A DNA stretch of 60,563 nucleotides from an uncultured Candidatus Saccharibacteria bacterium (GTDB lineage: Bacteria; Patescibacteriota; Saccharimonadia; Saccharimonadales; UBA10212). Made by a program: the position numbers and the translations under genes. The stretch lies in the NCBI GenBank assembly GCA_964624785.1, contig CAZUXR010000003.1, positions 1 to 60,563 on the forward strand, read 5' to 3'. Shown one piece after another: positions 9,412-18,980 of this stretch; the first letter of the stretch is position 1; each line of letters starts with the position of its first letter. Below the pieces are notes generated by a model. That model made no database searches. It was not told the DNA's origin and worked only from the letters and a program-made list of their open reading frames with translations.

Positions 9412-10698
9412 GTGGGTTCAAAACGAGTAGCGGTAGAACGCGCCCTGTACTTTATGTTATTTGGGCTTATGGGGCTATCGCTGCTCCTGTTCGTCTTCCA
9501 GAATAACTATAAGCATTTGTGGGAATTATACGGGCGTGTGTATTTTATATTGCTCCTAATTTACACGTGGTTTATATTCATCCTGCTTTTTATCGGAGAT
9601 ATGAAAAAGCCGAAGACTTACGCTTTGCCTGCGCAGACGAACAGCGCTGGTAAACGGATAGCCGTGGTTATGCCGTGTTTTAACGAATCGGCAGAACTGC
9701 TGTATAGATCGGTAAAATCAATATTTTTTGCGGAAGGCACTAAAGAGATTTTGATCGTCGACGATGGTTCTACGGATTTAAAGTCAAAAGAACTCTTGCG
9801 GCAGCTAGCGGCAAATACCAGCATTAAAATTCATTTTTTTGATAGCAATAAAGGCAAGCGCCACGCCCTACACTACGCCGTTAAGCGCCTTACAGAACAC
9901 GCGGATTATGTGGTGACAGTAGACAGCGACACAGTGTTAGATAAATACGCGCTGGTTCGGTTAATTGAACCTTTTGAGGATCCAAAAGTTGGCGCCACAA
10001 GTGGCGATGTGCGGCTGTTGAACGAAAAAAAGAATGTTCTAACAAGGATGGTTGGTGCTTACTATTGGATCGGCCTTCATATTTATAAACGTGCCCAGTC
10101 AGCGATCGGGATTGTAGTATGTTGTAGCGGGTGCTTGTCGGCTTACCGCGCGGATTTGATGAAAGGGCTTATTGATGAATTCGTTAATCAGAAGTTTTTT
10201 GGAGAGCAATGTACGCACTCAGAAGATCGCCATTTAACCAATCTGGTGTTAAAAAGGGGATTCCATGTAAAATTTGTGCCCGAAGCCATTAGCTATACAG
10301 AGACGCCGTCAACGGTAAAAGGATTTTTAAAGCAGCAACAACGCTGGAAGAGGGGGTACATAAGAGAGTCAATCTATACGCTTACGTACGCTTGGCGCGT
10401 GCGTCCTATATTGTTCTTCGAAATTTTGTTATGGGAATTGACTATCCCGTTTTTGTCATTTGGGCTTATGATAGCGCTGTTCGTGTCAATTGTTACCGAT
10501 CCTATGTTCTTTTTAACAACTGTTTTGCCGGCTTGGATAATGTTTATGATTGTGCGCTATATCCACATATTCTTTTACGCAAAACGTAAGATACCCGGGC
10601 TGCTGGTTTACATGGTTTTTTATGATTTGTTTTTGTATTGGCAAAGTATTTACGCGTTGTTTACGGTAAGGAATAAAAGCTGGATTACACGCGGATAA
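9412..10698 (+). CDS. Processive GT2 glycosyltransferase, hyaluronan synthase/NodC-like
   Basis: DDGS, DSDT, CCSGCLSAYR, SEDRHLTN, QQQRW motifs; N- and C-terminal TMs. Confidence 0.85.
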   Translation: MGSKRVAVERALYFMLFGLMGLSLLLFVFQNNYKHLWELYGRVYFILLLIYTWFIFILLFIGDMKKPKTYALPAQTNSAGKRIAVVMPCFNESAELLYRSVKSIFFAEGTKEILIVDDGSTDLKSKELLRQLAANTSIKIHFFDSNKGKRHALHYAVKRLTEHADYVVTVDSDTVLDKYALVRLIEPFEDPKVGATSGDVRLLNEKKNVLTRMVGAYYWIGLHIYKRAQSAIGIVVCCSGCLSAYRADLMKGLIDEFVNQKFFGEQCTHSEDRHLTNLVLKRGFHVKFVPEAISYTETPSTVKGFLKQQQRWKRGYIRESIYTLTYAWRVRPILFFEILLWELTIPFLSFGLMIALFVSIVTDPMFFLTTVLPAWIMFMIVRYIHIFFYAKRKIPGLLVYMVFYDLFLYWQSIYALFTVRNKSWITRG

Positions 10699-10716
10699 GC
10701 CTAATCTGCCTTGGCA

Positions 10717-10758
10717 AACTAAAAACTCCCTAGTGCTAACACAGGGGAGTTTTTAGTT
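10717..10758. terminator. Bidirectional intrinsic terminator
   Basis: AACTAAAAACTCCC...GGGAGTTTTTAGTT between convergent genes. Confidence 0.8.
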
Positions 10759-10777
10759 AAAAGATCGTAGCTAATAT

Positions 10778-11032
10778 TTAGCGTGATTCTTTTGGACGAG
10801 CTTCTGCAACAGAAATGCTGCGTCCGCCGATTTCGCTGCCGTTTAGGGCTTTCTCTGCGGCGCGGCCTTCGTCTTCGTTTTCCATTTCAACGAAGCCAAA
10901 GCCCTTGCTGCGGCCAGTTTCGCGGTCACGAACTACTGTAGCAGAAGCAACAGCACCGTGAGCGGCAAAAATGTCGCGAAGTTCATCGTCAGTGGTGGCG
11001 AATGGTAGGCCACCTACAAATACTTTGTACAT
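10778..11032 (-). CDS. RRM (RNP-1) RNA-binding protein
   Basis: VFVGGL (RNP2) and KGFGFVEM (RNP1). Confidence 0.93.
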   Translation of the reverse strand: MYKVFVGGLPFATTDDELRDIFAAHGAVASATVVRDRETGRSKGFGFVEMENEDEGRAAEKALNGSEIGGRSISVAEARPKESR

Positions 11033-11303
11033 TTAAAAAATATCCTTTTACTTTTTTTACTTAGGAACGACCCCTTGTCGCATCTTACTTTTGGAACCGA
11101 ACTTGGACGATGCTTTTAGGGCAAGCGTGGTCGTTCTTTTTCCGCACTAAGAATCGAAAAGATCCTAACAGAGGCAATTTAAGCATGAACGCAAGCTAAA
11201 TACAAGCATATTTATCATATTAGTACACATTCATACATAATCTTTCATATGTTCGTTTTATGTATATTTTGAAGTGAGTAATATAAAATTAAGCATAAAC
11301 TTG

Positions 11304-11331
11304 TTGACTTATATGGAAAACTATATATAAT
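11304..11331 (+). promoter_or_regulatory. Sigma70-type promoter
   Basis: TTGACT-16nt-TATAAT. Confidence 0.65.
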
Positions 11332-11407
11332 AGGTCCTAGGTTCACAAAAATATAAAAAACAACTCACCAAAAACAAGTGGGTTAACAAAATAAAAGGAT
11401 GGGCAAA

Positions 11408-11488
11408 ATGGCCGATGGAATGTCGTTTGAGTTAATGCCAACGCAAGACAAAAAAGTTTTAGCGTTCGACTTTATCCTAAGCGAGTAA
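11408..11488 (+). CDS. Putative 26-aa micro-protein MADGMSFELMPTQDKKVLAFDFILSE (or sRNA)
   Basis: AAAGGA upstream; lies between a promoter and a terminator. Confidence 0.4.
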   Translation: MADGMSFELMPTQDKKVLAFDFILSE

Positions 11489-11511
11489 ATGGTCAAAATA
11501 CTGTTTTTGAT

Positions 11512-11537
11512 GCTGGCTTGAATTAAGCCAGCTTTTT
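11512..11537 (+). terminator. Intrinsic terminator
   Basis: GCTGGCTT-GAATT-AAGCCAGC followed by TTTTT. Confidence 0.75.
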
Positions 11538-11585
11538 CGCGTGTATACTTACCCCAGATATGCTACAATTACATCTGTTATTTGT

Positions 11586-11662
11586 GGCAGGGTAGCTCAG
11601 ATGGTTAGAGCGCAGGACTCATAAGCCTGAGGTCGCGAGTTCAATCCTCGCCCCTGCTACCA
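11586..11662 (+). tRNA. tRNA with CAU anticodon, non-initiator (elongator Met, possibly Ile2)
   Basis: Cloverleaf, loop CT-CAT-AA, GTTCAA T-loop, encoded CCA; lacks the C1:A72 mismatch and three G:C pairs of initiator tRNA. Confidence 0.92.
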
Positions 11663-11674
11663 GATTAAAAAAAG

Positions 11675-12520
11675 TTATTTATCGGCATCAGTAATTGGTA
11701 GGCCTTCTATCTCCCTCGCGATTAATCTTTCCGGAACGGTCTGTAATTTAGCGATTCTAGATAGTGGATCTATGAAGAATTTGTGCAGTCGTTCGGATTT
11801 GCTACCAGGATTATTGATTTTAATTTTAGCACCTAAAGCTAACGCCCCTATAATACCTGTCTCATCACTATTTAACTTACGATATGATTCATTCCTGAAT
11901 TCACGGCGAGCAGCCATCGATGCATAGTTTTGCGAACTTTGCTTTATCCTATAAATACGTCGATTCGACCTGTCAATTCTACCAAGAACCGCATTTGCAT
12001 TCCCAATGATCATATCTGGATAGCGTTGTTTTCGAGCTGAAAGTTCATTCAATAGTCGCTGCGCAAGAACAGACTCTTCATATGTGCCAATACTACTTAG
12101 TAGAGGGCCAAAATCACTGGTATTAAGTGCATGCTGTAGCAACTCTTCGTAAACTGCACGACGGGCCTTAAGGTATGACTCTATGTAGTCGGGCTGTTTT
12201 TGTCTGCCGTCAAAGTTATGGGAACTCAATAAAAATTCTATTTTAGTTTGTGTGACAGAACCATTAATGTAGACTCTCGGTGTAATCACTTTTCGAATTA
12301 GTGGCTCCCGACCCCGACTCGCATGCCACGCCTGGACATTATCGTGTATGCCATGAGCGAGCCCCTCGTATGCGGTACCCATAATTTCTGCGAGGTCGTA
12401 TAAATCTGATTCTTCTTGGACTGGGGGGGTAAATTCAAACTCTGCGTGTAGATTGCGTATAGATTGTTTATTTGTCAGCATATCCAAAAAACTTGCAAAT
12501 TCATTTTCTTCTATAGCCAT
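11675..12520 (-). CDS. Hypothetical protein
   Basis: 281-aa ORF converging on the tRNA 3' end. Confidence 0.65.
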   Translation of the reverse strand: MAIEENEFASFLDMLTNKQSIRNLHAEFEFTPPVQEESDLYDLAEIMGTAYEGLAHGIHDNVQAWHASRGREPLIRKVITPRVYINGSVTQTKIEFLLSSHNFDGRQKQPDYIESYLKARRAVYEELLQHALNTSDFGPLLSSIGTYEESVLAQRLLNELSARKQRYPDMIIGNANAVLGRIDRSNRRIYRIKQSSQNYASMAARREFRNESYRKLNSDETGIIGALALGAKIKINNPGSKSERLHKFFIDPLSRIAKLQTVPERLIAREIEGLPITDADK

Positions 12521-12597
12521 TTGGGTACAATTATCTGCCAGATTTAAAACAATGCAAGCACAAGCAGGTTAAAAGTAGACTGCTTAAAGATCAGATG

Positions 12598-13245
12598 TTA
12601 GAGGTCTTTATATATTAGGCGCCAGGCTTTGGTTGTTAGGTAAGTTAGGATGGTGAGTGCGTAAATAAGAGTCGTAGTGATCAGTGCTGAGCCAAATAAA
12701 GTTAACGTACCGCCCACAATCGTAAAGTTAGTAACTGTGGTATAGCATGCACTTGCAAGAGCCATAACAAACCCAACGCCACCTATAAATGAGGCTATCA
12801 ACACCACAAGACTCAGAGTAAAAAAAACTTTGCGCATCAATACCGATTCCCAATATTTTGATCGATTATATCCGGGCGGGTGAACGTATTGGTCGGCCAC
12901 AAAGTCATTCATTAGGCTAATAAAAATATTTTTGCCAAACCATATGAACCCGTAAATTACGCAACCTACAAGTGCCCAGAACATGACCTGTAATATAATA
13001 CTGTGGGTAATAAAATGATAGGCTCCGTGCAATGCTGGTATATGAGCAGCGACAAAATTTTCTGCTCCGCCTTGATTACCAAAAAGACTTGTCGATAAAT
13101 AGTGCCAGATTCTACCAATATTCAAGATTGTTAGCAGCAAGCAACTTGCCAAAAAATAGACCAAAACCTGTATTGGTGTTGGTATGAAGTGCCATTTGGA
13201 GTTTTCTCCGTCATAGCTGCTATGAGACTCAATTTGATTATTCAT
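12598..13245 (-). CDS. Hypothetical membrane protein
   Basis: 215 aa with about 4 TM segments. Confidence 0.7.
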   Translation of the reverse strand: MNNQIESHSSYDGENSKWHFIPTPIQVLVYFLASCLLLTILNIGRIWHYLSTSLFGNQGGAENFVAAHIPALHGAYHFITHSIILQVMFWALVGCVIYGFIWFGKNIFISLMNDFVADQYVHPPGYNRSKYWESVLMRKVFFTLSLVVLIASFIGGVGFVMALASACYTTVTNFTIVGGTLTLFGSALITTTLIYALTILTYLTTKAWRLIYKDL

Positions 13246-13319
13246 TTTGCTGACTTTATTCTATCAGATTAATTGGGGGAAATTTGAAACGGGTTATTAA
13301 TAAACTATATTATAACCAG

Positions 13320-14195
13320 ATGAATGTTAATGTAGTGGACGGTAAATATATAGTAGCGGTTTCTGGCGGCGTGGATTCTATGGTTTTGCTGGATATATTG
13401 AGCAGCCGGCCAAACCTAACACTCATAGCAGCTCATTTTAATCACGGTATCAGGGAAGATTCTGACGAGGATGAGAAGTTGGTGGTGGCAACGGCTGTCA
13501 GCAAAGGACTACAGGTGGAAGTGGGCACTGCCAGGCTTGGACGAGGGGCAAGTGAAGGTCAGGCCCGCGAGGCCCGTTATAAATTTTTGTGCAATTTGCA
13601 AAAAAAACATAGAGCCCTGGCAATCATTACCGCACATCACCAAGACGATTTGATAGAAACGGCGCTAATCAACATTTTGCGTGGCACAAAACACAAGGGA
13701 CTGGTTTCGATTATGCGCAACCCTAGTATTATTCGTCCACTACTTCCATTTACTAAAAAAGAAATCTTAAATTATGCTCAAACCCATAAGATTATATGGC
13801 GCGAGGATTCCACTAATAACGATACAGCGTATCTTCGCAACTACATTAGGAAGCAAATTACCCCAAAATTATCAAACTCGCAAAGAAACAAGCTGCTGCG
13901 AGAGGTAAACTCCTTGTCGGATAATTTGGACGAGCAAGACAAGATCGTAGAAGATATTTCTAGAAAAATTAATCTGGCAGGCAAGATTAACAGGCAAGAA
14001 TTTATATTACTACCAGATAATGTCAGCAAAACCTTGATGGCGTTTTGGTTGCGCGCGCACGGAGCGGGGGATTTTGACAAAAAGACAGTGGAACGCTTAA
14101 CGATTGCCATAAAAACCGCTAAGCCCGGCACAAAACACGACATTACTAAGGGACTCAGCTTGGTTGTTGGGCAACAACACGCAACACTGGGGTGA
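13320..14195 (+). CDS. tilS: tRNA(Ile)-lysidine synthetase
   Basis: AVSGGVDS PP-loop, HFNHGIR, AHHQDD, EDSTN, RNYIR; adjacent to ftsH; start set at ATG 13320. Confidence 0.93.
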   Translation: MNVNVVDGKYIVAVSGGVDSMVLLDILSSRPNLTLIAAHFNHGIREDSDEDEKLVVATAVSKGLQVEVGTARLGRGASEGQAREARYKFLCNLQKKHRALAIITAHHQDDLIETALINILRGTKHKGLVSIMRNPSIIRPLLPFTKKEILNYAQTHKIIWREDSTNNDTAYLRNYIRKQITPKLSNSQRNKLLREVNSLSDNLDEQDKIVEDISRKINLAGKINRQEFILLPDNVSKTLMAFWLRAHGAGDFDKKTVERLTIAIKTAKPGTKHDITKGLSLVVGQQHATLG

Positions 14196-14218
14196 ATATC
14201 TGATATAATCATAGCTAT

Positions 14219-16102
14219 ATGAATGGAAAGCAGTTTCGGATCGGCGGTGGTGGCGGAAAGAACAACAGTAACAAAGGCAAAAAAAGCCATTTCAAAAACG
14301 CCGGGTTTGTAGCGCTGCTAATTTTATTTGGTCTTATCGCATTTTCGGCCTCTACTCAGCAAGCTCCGCTAAAACAGATACCTTTTTCGCAGGTTGTGAA
14401 CGACGCCAACAATGGGCAAATCAAACAAATAACTGTTAAGGGCGAAGAATTAGACATTACGCGCGTCGGGCAAGACAAGCCATCGCAAAAATCCTTTAAA
14501 GAAACTGGTTCTAGCATTTACGAACAGGGCTTAAAGCAGGGACAGGTGGAGCTTGTTAATAAACCAACTTCGAGCAACGGTAATGTGTGGGTGACGGTGT
14601 TGGCGAATGTACTGCCAGTAGTTATTATCGCCGGAATTTTGATATTTATGTTCAGAAGCGCCCAAGGCCAAGGCAATCAGGCGATGAGTTTTGGCAAAAG
14701 CCGGGCGCGGCTTTATGGTAATGAAAAAGACAAGATTACGTTTAAAGACGTGGCTGGTAACGACGAAGCCAAACAGGATCTAGAAGAAGTCGTAGAATTT
14801 TTGAAGTTTCCTAAAAAGTTCGAGGGCGTGGGCGCAAAAATTCCCAAAGGTGTGCTGCTTGTGGGTCCTCCGGGTACTGGTAAAACTTTGCTAGCACGAG
14901 CCGTGGCCGGTCAGGCCAACGCGCCATTCTTTAGTATTAGCGGTTCGGAATTTGTAGAAATGTTTGTGGGCGTGGGTGCTAGTCGTGTTCGCGACCTGTT
15001 TAGTAAAGCTAAAAAGAACGCGCCGTGCATTATATTCATAGACGAGATCGACGCCGTCGGTCGCCGCCGCGGCAGCGGTATGGGTGGCGGGCACGACGAG
15101 CGCGAACAAACCCTGAACCAAATTTTGGTAGAAATGGACGGATTTGAACAAGGCGTAAACGTTATCGTCTTAGCTGCAACCAACCGATCGGACGTTTTGG
15201 ATCCGGCCTTGCTGCGCCCGGGGCGTTTTGACCGCCGGGTCAATATCGACTTACCAGATCGCCAAGCCCGCTCGGCAATTTTAAAGGTTCATTTTGAGCA
15301 GAAGCCAATTAGCAAAGACGTAGATCTGGAATCATTAGCTGCAAAAACCGCTGGTAGCAGCGGAGCCGACCTTGCCAACATTGCTAACGAGGCTGCGATA
15401 GTAGCCGCTCGTCATAACCGCAAAGTTATCGACAATGAAGACGTGGTAGCAGCGTTTGAAAAAGTCGCTATCGGCCCGGAACGCAAGAGCAAAGTTATGA
15501 GCGAAAAAGAAAAAGAACTAACCGCTTACCATGAAGCCGGTCATGCAATCGTAGGCCATGTTTTGCCCGACAGCGACATGGTGCACAAAGTTACGATTAT
15601 ATCCCGCGGGCACACCGGTGGCGTTACCTGGTTTATTCCGCCAGAAGACAAAAACTACCATAGCATTATCGAATACAAGGACGTGCTGGCTAGAATGCTT
15701 GGCGGCCGCGTGGCAGAAGAAGTTATTTATGGATCTGAGCGCGTAACGACTGGCGCCGGGTCGGACTTGCAAAAAGCATCCGAACTTGCCCGCGACATGA
15801 TTGTAAATCAGGGAATGGGCAAAAAACTTCGCGACCAGGTTTTCCACGTAGACGAGGGCATAATGATGGACAAGCTGATGCACGAGCGCCAGTATTCTGA
15901 AGACACCGCAAAAATTATTGATGACGAAATCGAAGCGCTCGTAACAGAAGCCGCCAAGCGCGCTCGAATAGTAATTAAAGCCAACTTGCCTAAGCTAGAG
16001 GCCCTAAAAAAGGCGCTAATAGAAAAAGAAACAGTAGAAGCCCCAGAAGCCCTAAAGATCTTAGAAGGCTCACACATGCCCAAAGAAGCCTCTTTGTACT
16101 AA
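14219..16102 (+). CDS. ftsH: ATP-dependent zinc metalloprotease FtsH
   Basis: Two TMs, [23 protein letters not shown]. Confidence 0.97.
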   Translation: MNGKQFRIGGGGGKNNSNKGKKSHFKNAGFVALLILFGLIAFSASTQQAPLKQIPFSQVVNDANNGQIKQITVKGEELDITRVGQDKPSQKSFKETGSSIYEQGLKQGQVELVNKPTSSNGNVWVTVLANVLPVVIIAGILIFMFRSAQGQGNQAMSFGKSRARLYGNEKDKITFKDVAGNDEAKQDLEEVVEFLKFPKKFEGVGAKIPKGVLLVGPPGTGKTLLARAVAGQANAPFFSISGSEFVEMFVGVGASRVRDLFSKAKKNAPCIIFIDEIDAVGRRRGSGMGGGHDEREQTLNQILVEMDGFEQGVNVIVLAATNRSDVLDPALLRPGRFDRRVNIDLPDRQARSAILKVHFEQKPISKDVDLESLAAKTAGSSGADLANIANEAAIVAARHNRKVIDNEDVVAAFEKVAIGPERKSKVMSEKEKELTAYHEAGHAIVGHVLPDSDMVHKVTIISRGHTGGVTWFIPPEDKNYHSIIEYKDVLARMLGGRVAEEVIYGSERVTTGAGSDLQKASELARDMIVNQGMGKKLRDQVFHVDEGIMMDKLMHERQYSEDTAKIIDDEIEALVTEAAKRARIVIKANLPKLEALKKALIEKETVEAPEALKILEGSHMPKEASLY

Positions 16103-16105
16103 GAA

Positions 16106-17119
16106 CTAAAGTCTTCGGAGTTTGCGTCGAGCTGTTTCGAAACTGTATGTTAGTGGGTAAACTACAGGGTTAATAATGAGATCGTGTGCTGGCACATAAG
16201 CAACATCTTGTCCGCCGAAACCACGTTTAAAAACCGACACACCGTAGAATCGATGTTTTGTTTGCCCGTGATCGGTAATGCCCCAAAAGTTATACCGAGT
16301 GCAGCCGCGTTTTTTAGCCTCGGCAATTGCTTGCCACTGTATAGCATAAGCACCCGGGAATTTACGCGCTAGGTCCGTGCTGGCTCCGTAGTGATAAGCC
16401 GCCTCTTTGCCGTAAAAAATTATAAAAGCCATGGCGAGTAGTTGACCTTCATATGTGCTGCGGTATAAAAGTACTTTTCCGTCTTTGGCGAAAGCTTTAA
16501 ATTGTTCATTTAAAAACTTCTTGCTAAATGGCACAAATCCTTGTCGTTGCGCTGTAGCTAGCTGCAATTTATAGAACTCATCAATATCTTTAGTGTCGTT
16601 GCTGGATGAAACTTCTATGCCGAGCTTTGTCGAGCGGTTTATTTCGTATCGGGTGCCCTTTCGCATGGCGTGTTTTAATTCCTCTTCGGATAAGCTTAGA
16701 TTAAGCTGGCTGGTTAGGTCTGCCGTAGCGTGCATCGGGCTTTTGTGAAATCCAAGTTTACGAATGTTGGCACGATTCGACAGCATATCTAATAGTTGTG
16801 GCCGTAGACGCACAAAGATACATTTGTTATCGGCAGCAGCTTTTTTGACTGTATCTCGCCATTCGGTAACAATTTTTTGATCATTCCAGTCTAAAATAGG
16901 TCCACCTACGATAACCATATGGCGTCCGCGCCGTGCCGGTTCGATTACCCCCTGAGTAACGCCTACCAACTTGGAATTTTTATAAAACCCGTATCGCAGG
17001 ACTTTGTGCCCTAGGCTTTCGTGGAACTCACCCCAATTCCAGGAATGTAAAAAGTTGGCTTCCGGGTGGGTGGACATAAAATCCTCCCATTGTCGTTTAT
17101 CTTCTATGATTTTTGCCAT
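16106..17119 (-). CDS. FemABX-family aminoacyl-tRNA-dependent peptidyltransferase
   Basis: NFLHSWNWG, GGPILDW, TRYEINRS, AYHYGAS, YNFWGI, GVSVFKRGFGG; compact FemX-like size without coiled coil. Confidence 0.9.
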   Translation of the reverse strand: MAKIIEDKRQWEDFMSTHPEANFLHSWNWGEFHESLGHKVLRYGFYKNSKLVGVTQGVIEPARRGRHMVIVGGPILDWNDQKIVTEWRDTVKKAAADNKCIFVRLRPQLLDMLSNRANIRKLGFHKSPMHATADLTSQLNLSLSEEELKHAMRKGTRYEINRSTKLGIEVSSSNDTKDIDEFYKLQLATAQRQGFVPFSKKFLNEQFKAFAKDGKVLLYRSTYEGQLLAMAFIIFYGKEAAYHYGASTDLARKFPGAYAIQWQAIAEAKKRGCTRYNFWGITDHGQTKHRFYGVSVFKRGFGGQDVAYVPAHDLIINPVVYPLTYSFETARRKLRRL

Positions 17120-18285
17120 TGTTTGATCCTATCGCAAATTATTAGGGCAACATCTGGAGTTATGTGGCGGTGGGTTGGCAAGTTGATGAGTTTGCTCGCT
17201 ATCAACTCCGCCCTTGGGCATTGGCCGGTTTTATAGCTAGTCTTACCTAAATATTTCTTTGGACCTATTGGGGCATCATACCAAGTATCGCTGATGAAGA
17301 TTTTGTTTTTCCGTAAGTAGTTTAGCAGGGAAGAGCGATCAGGCACGAGTATAGGAAAACGCAAATACGACGATTTGCTTTTGGAGAGCGGTGTTATTAA
17401 TATGTCATCCGGCAGATTGTTGTGATAAATTTCCGCAATTTTTTGTCGATGTGATAATTCTTGGTTGCGGTATGGCCAGAGGTTTTTAACGATCAATTTA
17501 GCGGTGTGATTACTCATGGAGCATATGCTGTTTATTTCGCTAGCCATTGGCGTGGAAAGTAGCTTGAATCTTTTTAGAATGTAGTGCAAGGCTCGTCCTA
17601 GCCCAAAATCATAAGTATTACGAATTAGCATTGTCCAAAATGGGTAGAATCTATTTTTGGTGCGCGGCCAAGTCCCAGCTTTTGGCAGAGATATAAAACT
17701 ATCGGTCGCGTTGTTTGGGCGGCGATCAATCAATGCTCCGCCAGCTACGGCGTCGAGAGGCTTATCTTGACTAAATGACATCATCGTAAGCTCTCCAACT
17801 GTTCCCGCTTCTTCGCCGCTTGGATAAATCGCTCCAGAGCTATGCGCTAGATCTTCTATAATTATGATTTTTTCTTGCGAGCAATAATCCTTCAAGTATG
17901 CGATATTGGCAGGATATCCTAGGGTATTTTGTACTATAATGGCCTTCATATCCTTATTACGCCTAAGTTCGTCAATATCGAAATTGAGTTGTCTGGCAGC
18001 CAGATCTATCATGATTGGCTTTAGCCCTGCGCTTATAACAGCCTGGTAGACCACGTAGCAAGTCAGGCCGTTGATACCGACCGAGCTACCTGCTGGCAGA
18101 TGAATGCTCCTTAAAGCTAATTCTAAAGCATTGCGTCCTTTATATGTAAGAATTGCCTGGCCTTTGTAGTAACCGCCAAGTTCTTTAGCGAGCTCTTCGT
18201 AGTCTTTTTTGGAGCCGCCACCGATCAAATTCTTGAGGATAAAACCAGTTGAATAATTTGATCCTAGGGAATTAAAAACACTCAC
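17104..18285 (-). CDS. DegT/DnrJ/EryC1/StrS PLP-dependent aminotransferase family
   Basis: IEDLAHSSG, SFSQDK (PLP lysine), GGAL, LINLPTH. Confidence 0.85.
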   Translation of the reverse strand: MSVFNSLGSNYSTGFILKNLIGGGSKKDYEELAKELGGYYKGQAILTYKGRNALELALRSIHLPAGSSVGINGLTCYVVYQAVISAGLKPIMIDLAARQLNFDIDELRRNKDMKAIIVQNTLGYPANIAYLKDYCSQEKIIIIEDLAHSSGAIYPSGEEAGTVGELTMMSFSQDKPLDAVAGGALIDRRPNNATDSFISLPKAGTWPRTKNRFYPFWTMLIRNTYDFGLGRALHYILKRFKLLSTPMASEINSICSMSNHTAKLIVKNLWPYRNQELSHRQKIAEIYHNNLPDDILITPLSKSKSSYLRFPILVPDRSSLLNYLRKNKIFISDTWYDAPIGPKKYLGKTSYKTGQCPRAELIASKLINLPTHRHITPDVALIICDRIKQWQKS

Positions 18286-18980
18286 TTGCTGGCCTTAAGC
18301 GCGGAACTAATTATATCGGCAACTTGGCCGGGGTGGTTTTGGAACGGTGCATGGTGTGCACTTTCGATTACGTTGAAGCTGGAGTTTTGGATTAAACTAT
18401 GCATTTTTTGCCCATCAGCTAGCGGTGTAATTGTGTCCTCCTTACCCCAGATAATAGCCACAGGTAATTTAATGGTATTAAAATCTATGAGTTGATCGGC
18501 AGCTATCATATTGCGCATAGTTAGTTTCATGTTGTCCGATGCTTCGTAATAATCGCTAGCTTTAATAACTTTGTAGAAAAGTTTCTTAAGAGTAGGTGCG
18601 AGATTCAGAATTTTACCCGGCATCGAAAGTATTCGTAACATTTTGAGTTTAAATAGCCGCTTAAATTCCTGATGTGCAATTCCTGCGCTATCAATCAAGA
18701 TTAACTGATCGAGCCGTCCGGGGTATTTTTGTGCGTAAGACAGGGCGATTCGTCCTCCATTGGAGTGGCCGATAACGACTGGATTTTTGTAGTCTTTAAG
18801 TTGGTCATTGAGCCAGCCAATGTATCCGTTAATATCCCAGGTTTTGTCACTTGGTTCTGTTAAGCCGGGCACTCTTAACTGCACTGGCTCTATCCCCCGA
18901 ATTTTTAGCTCCCCAATCAAGGAGGTCCATTTATCCAGTGAATAGCTCCAGCCGTGAATTATGAATACCCGTTTGTTCAT
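18282..18980 (-). CDS. Alpha/beta hydrolase
   Basis: IHGW, GHSNGG nucleophile elbow, WGKEDTITP, HAP; ATGA overlap with upstream gene. Confidence 0.88.
   Translation of the reverse strand: MNKRVFIIHGWSYSLDKWTSLIGELKIRGIEPVQLRVPGLTEPSDKTWDINGYIGWLNDQLKDYKNPVVIGHSNGGRIALSYAQKYPGRLDQLILIDSAGIAHQEFKRLFKLKMLRILSMPGKILNLAPTLKKLFYKVIKASDYYEASDNMKLTMRNMIAADQLIDFNTIKLPVAIIWGKEDTITPLADGQKMHSLIQNSSFNVIESAHHAPFQNHPGQVADIISSALKASK

Noticed and set aside
9209..9421. 70-aa minus-strand ORF
   Set aside because: The + strand 52-aa ORF has an SD-like site and fits the operon; this ORF has no supporting signals
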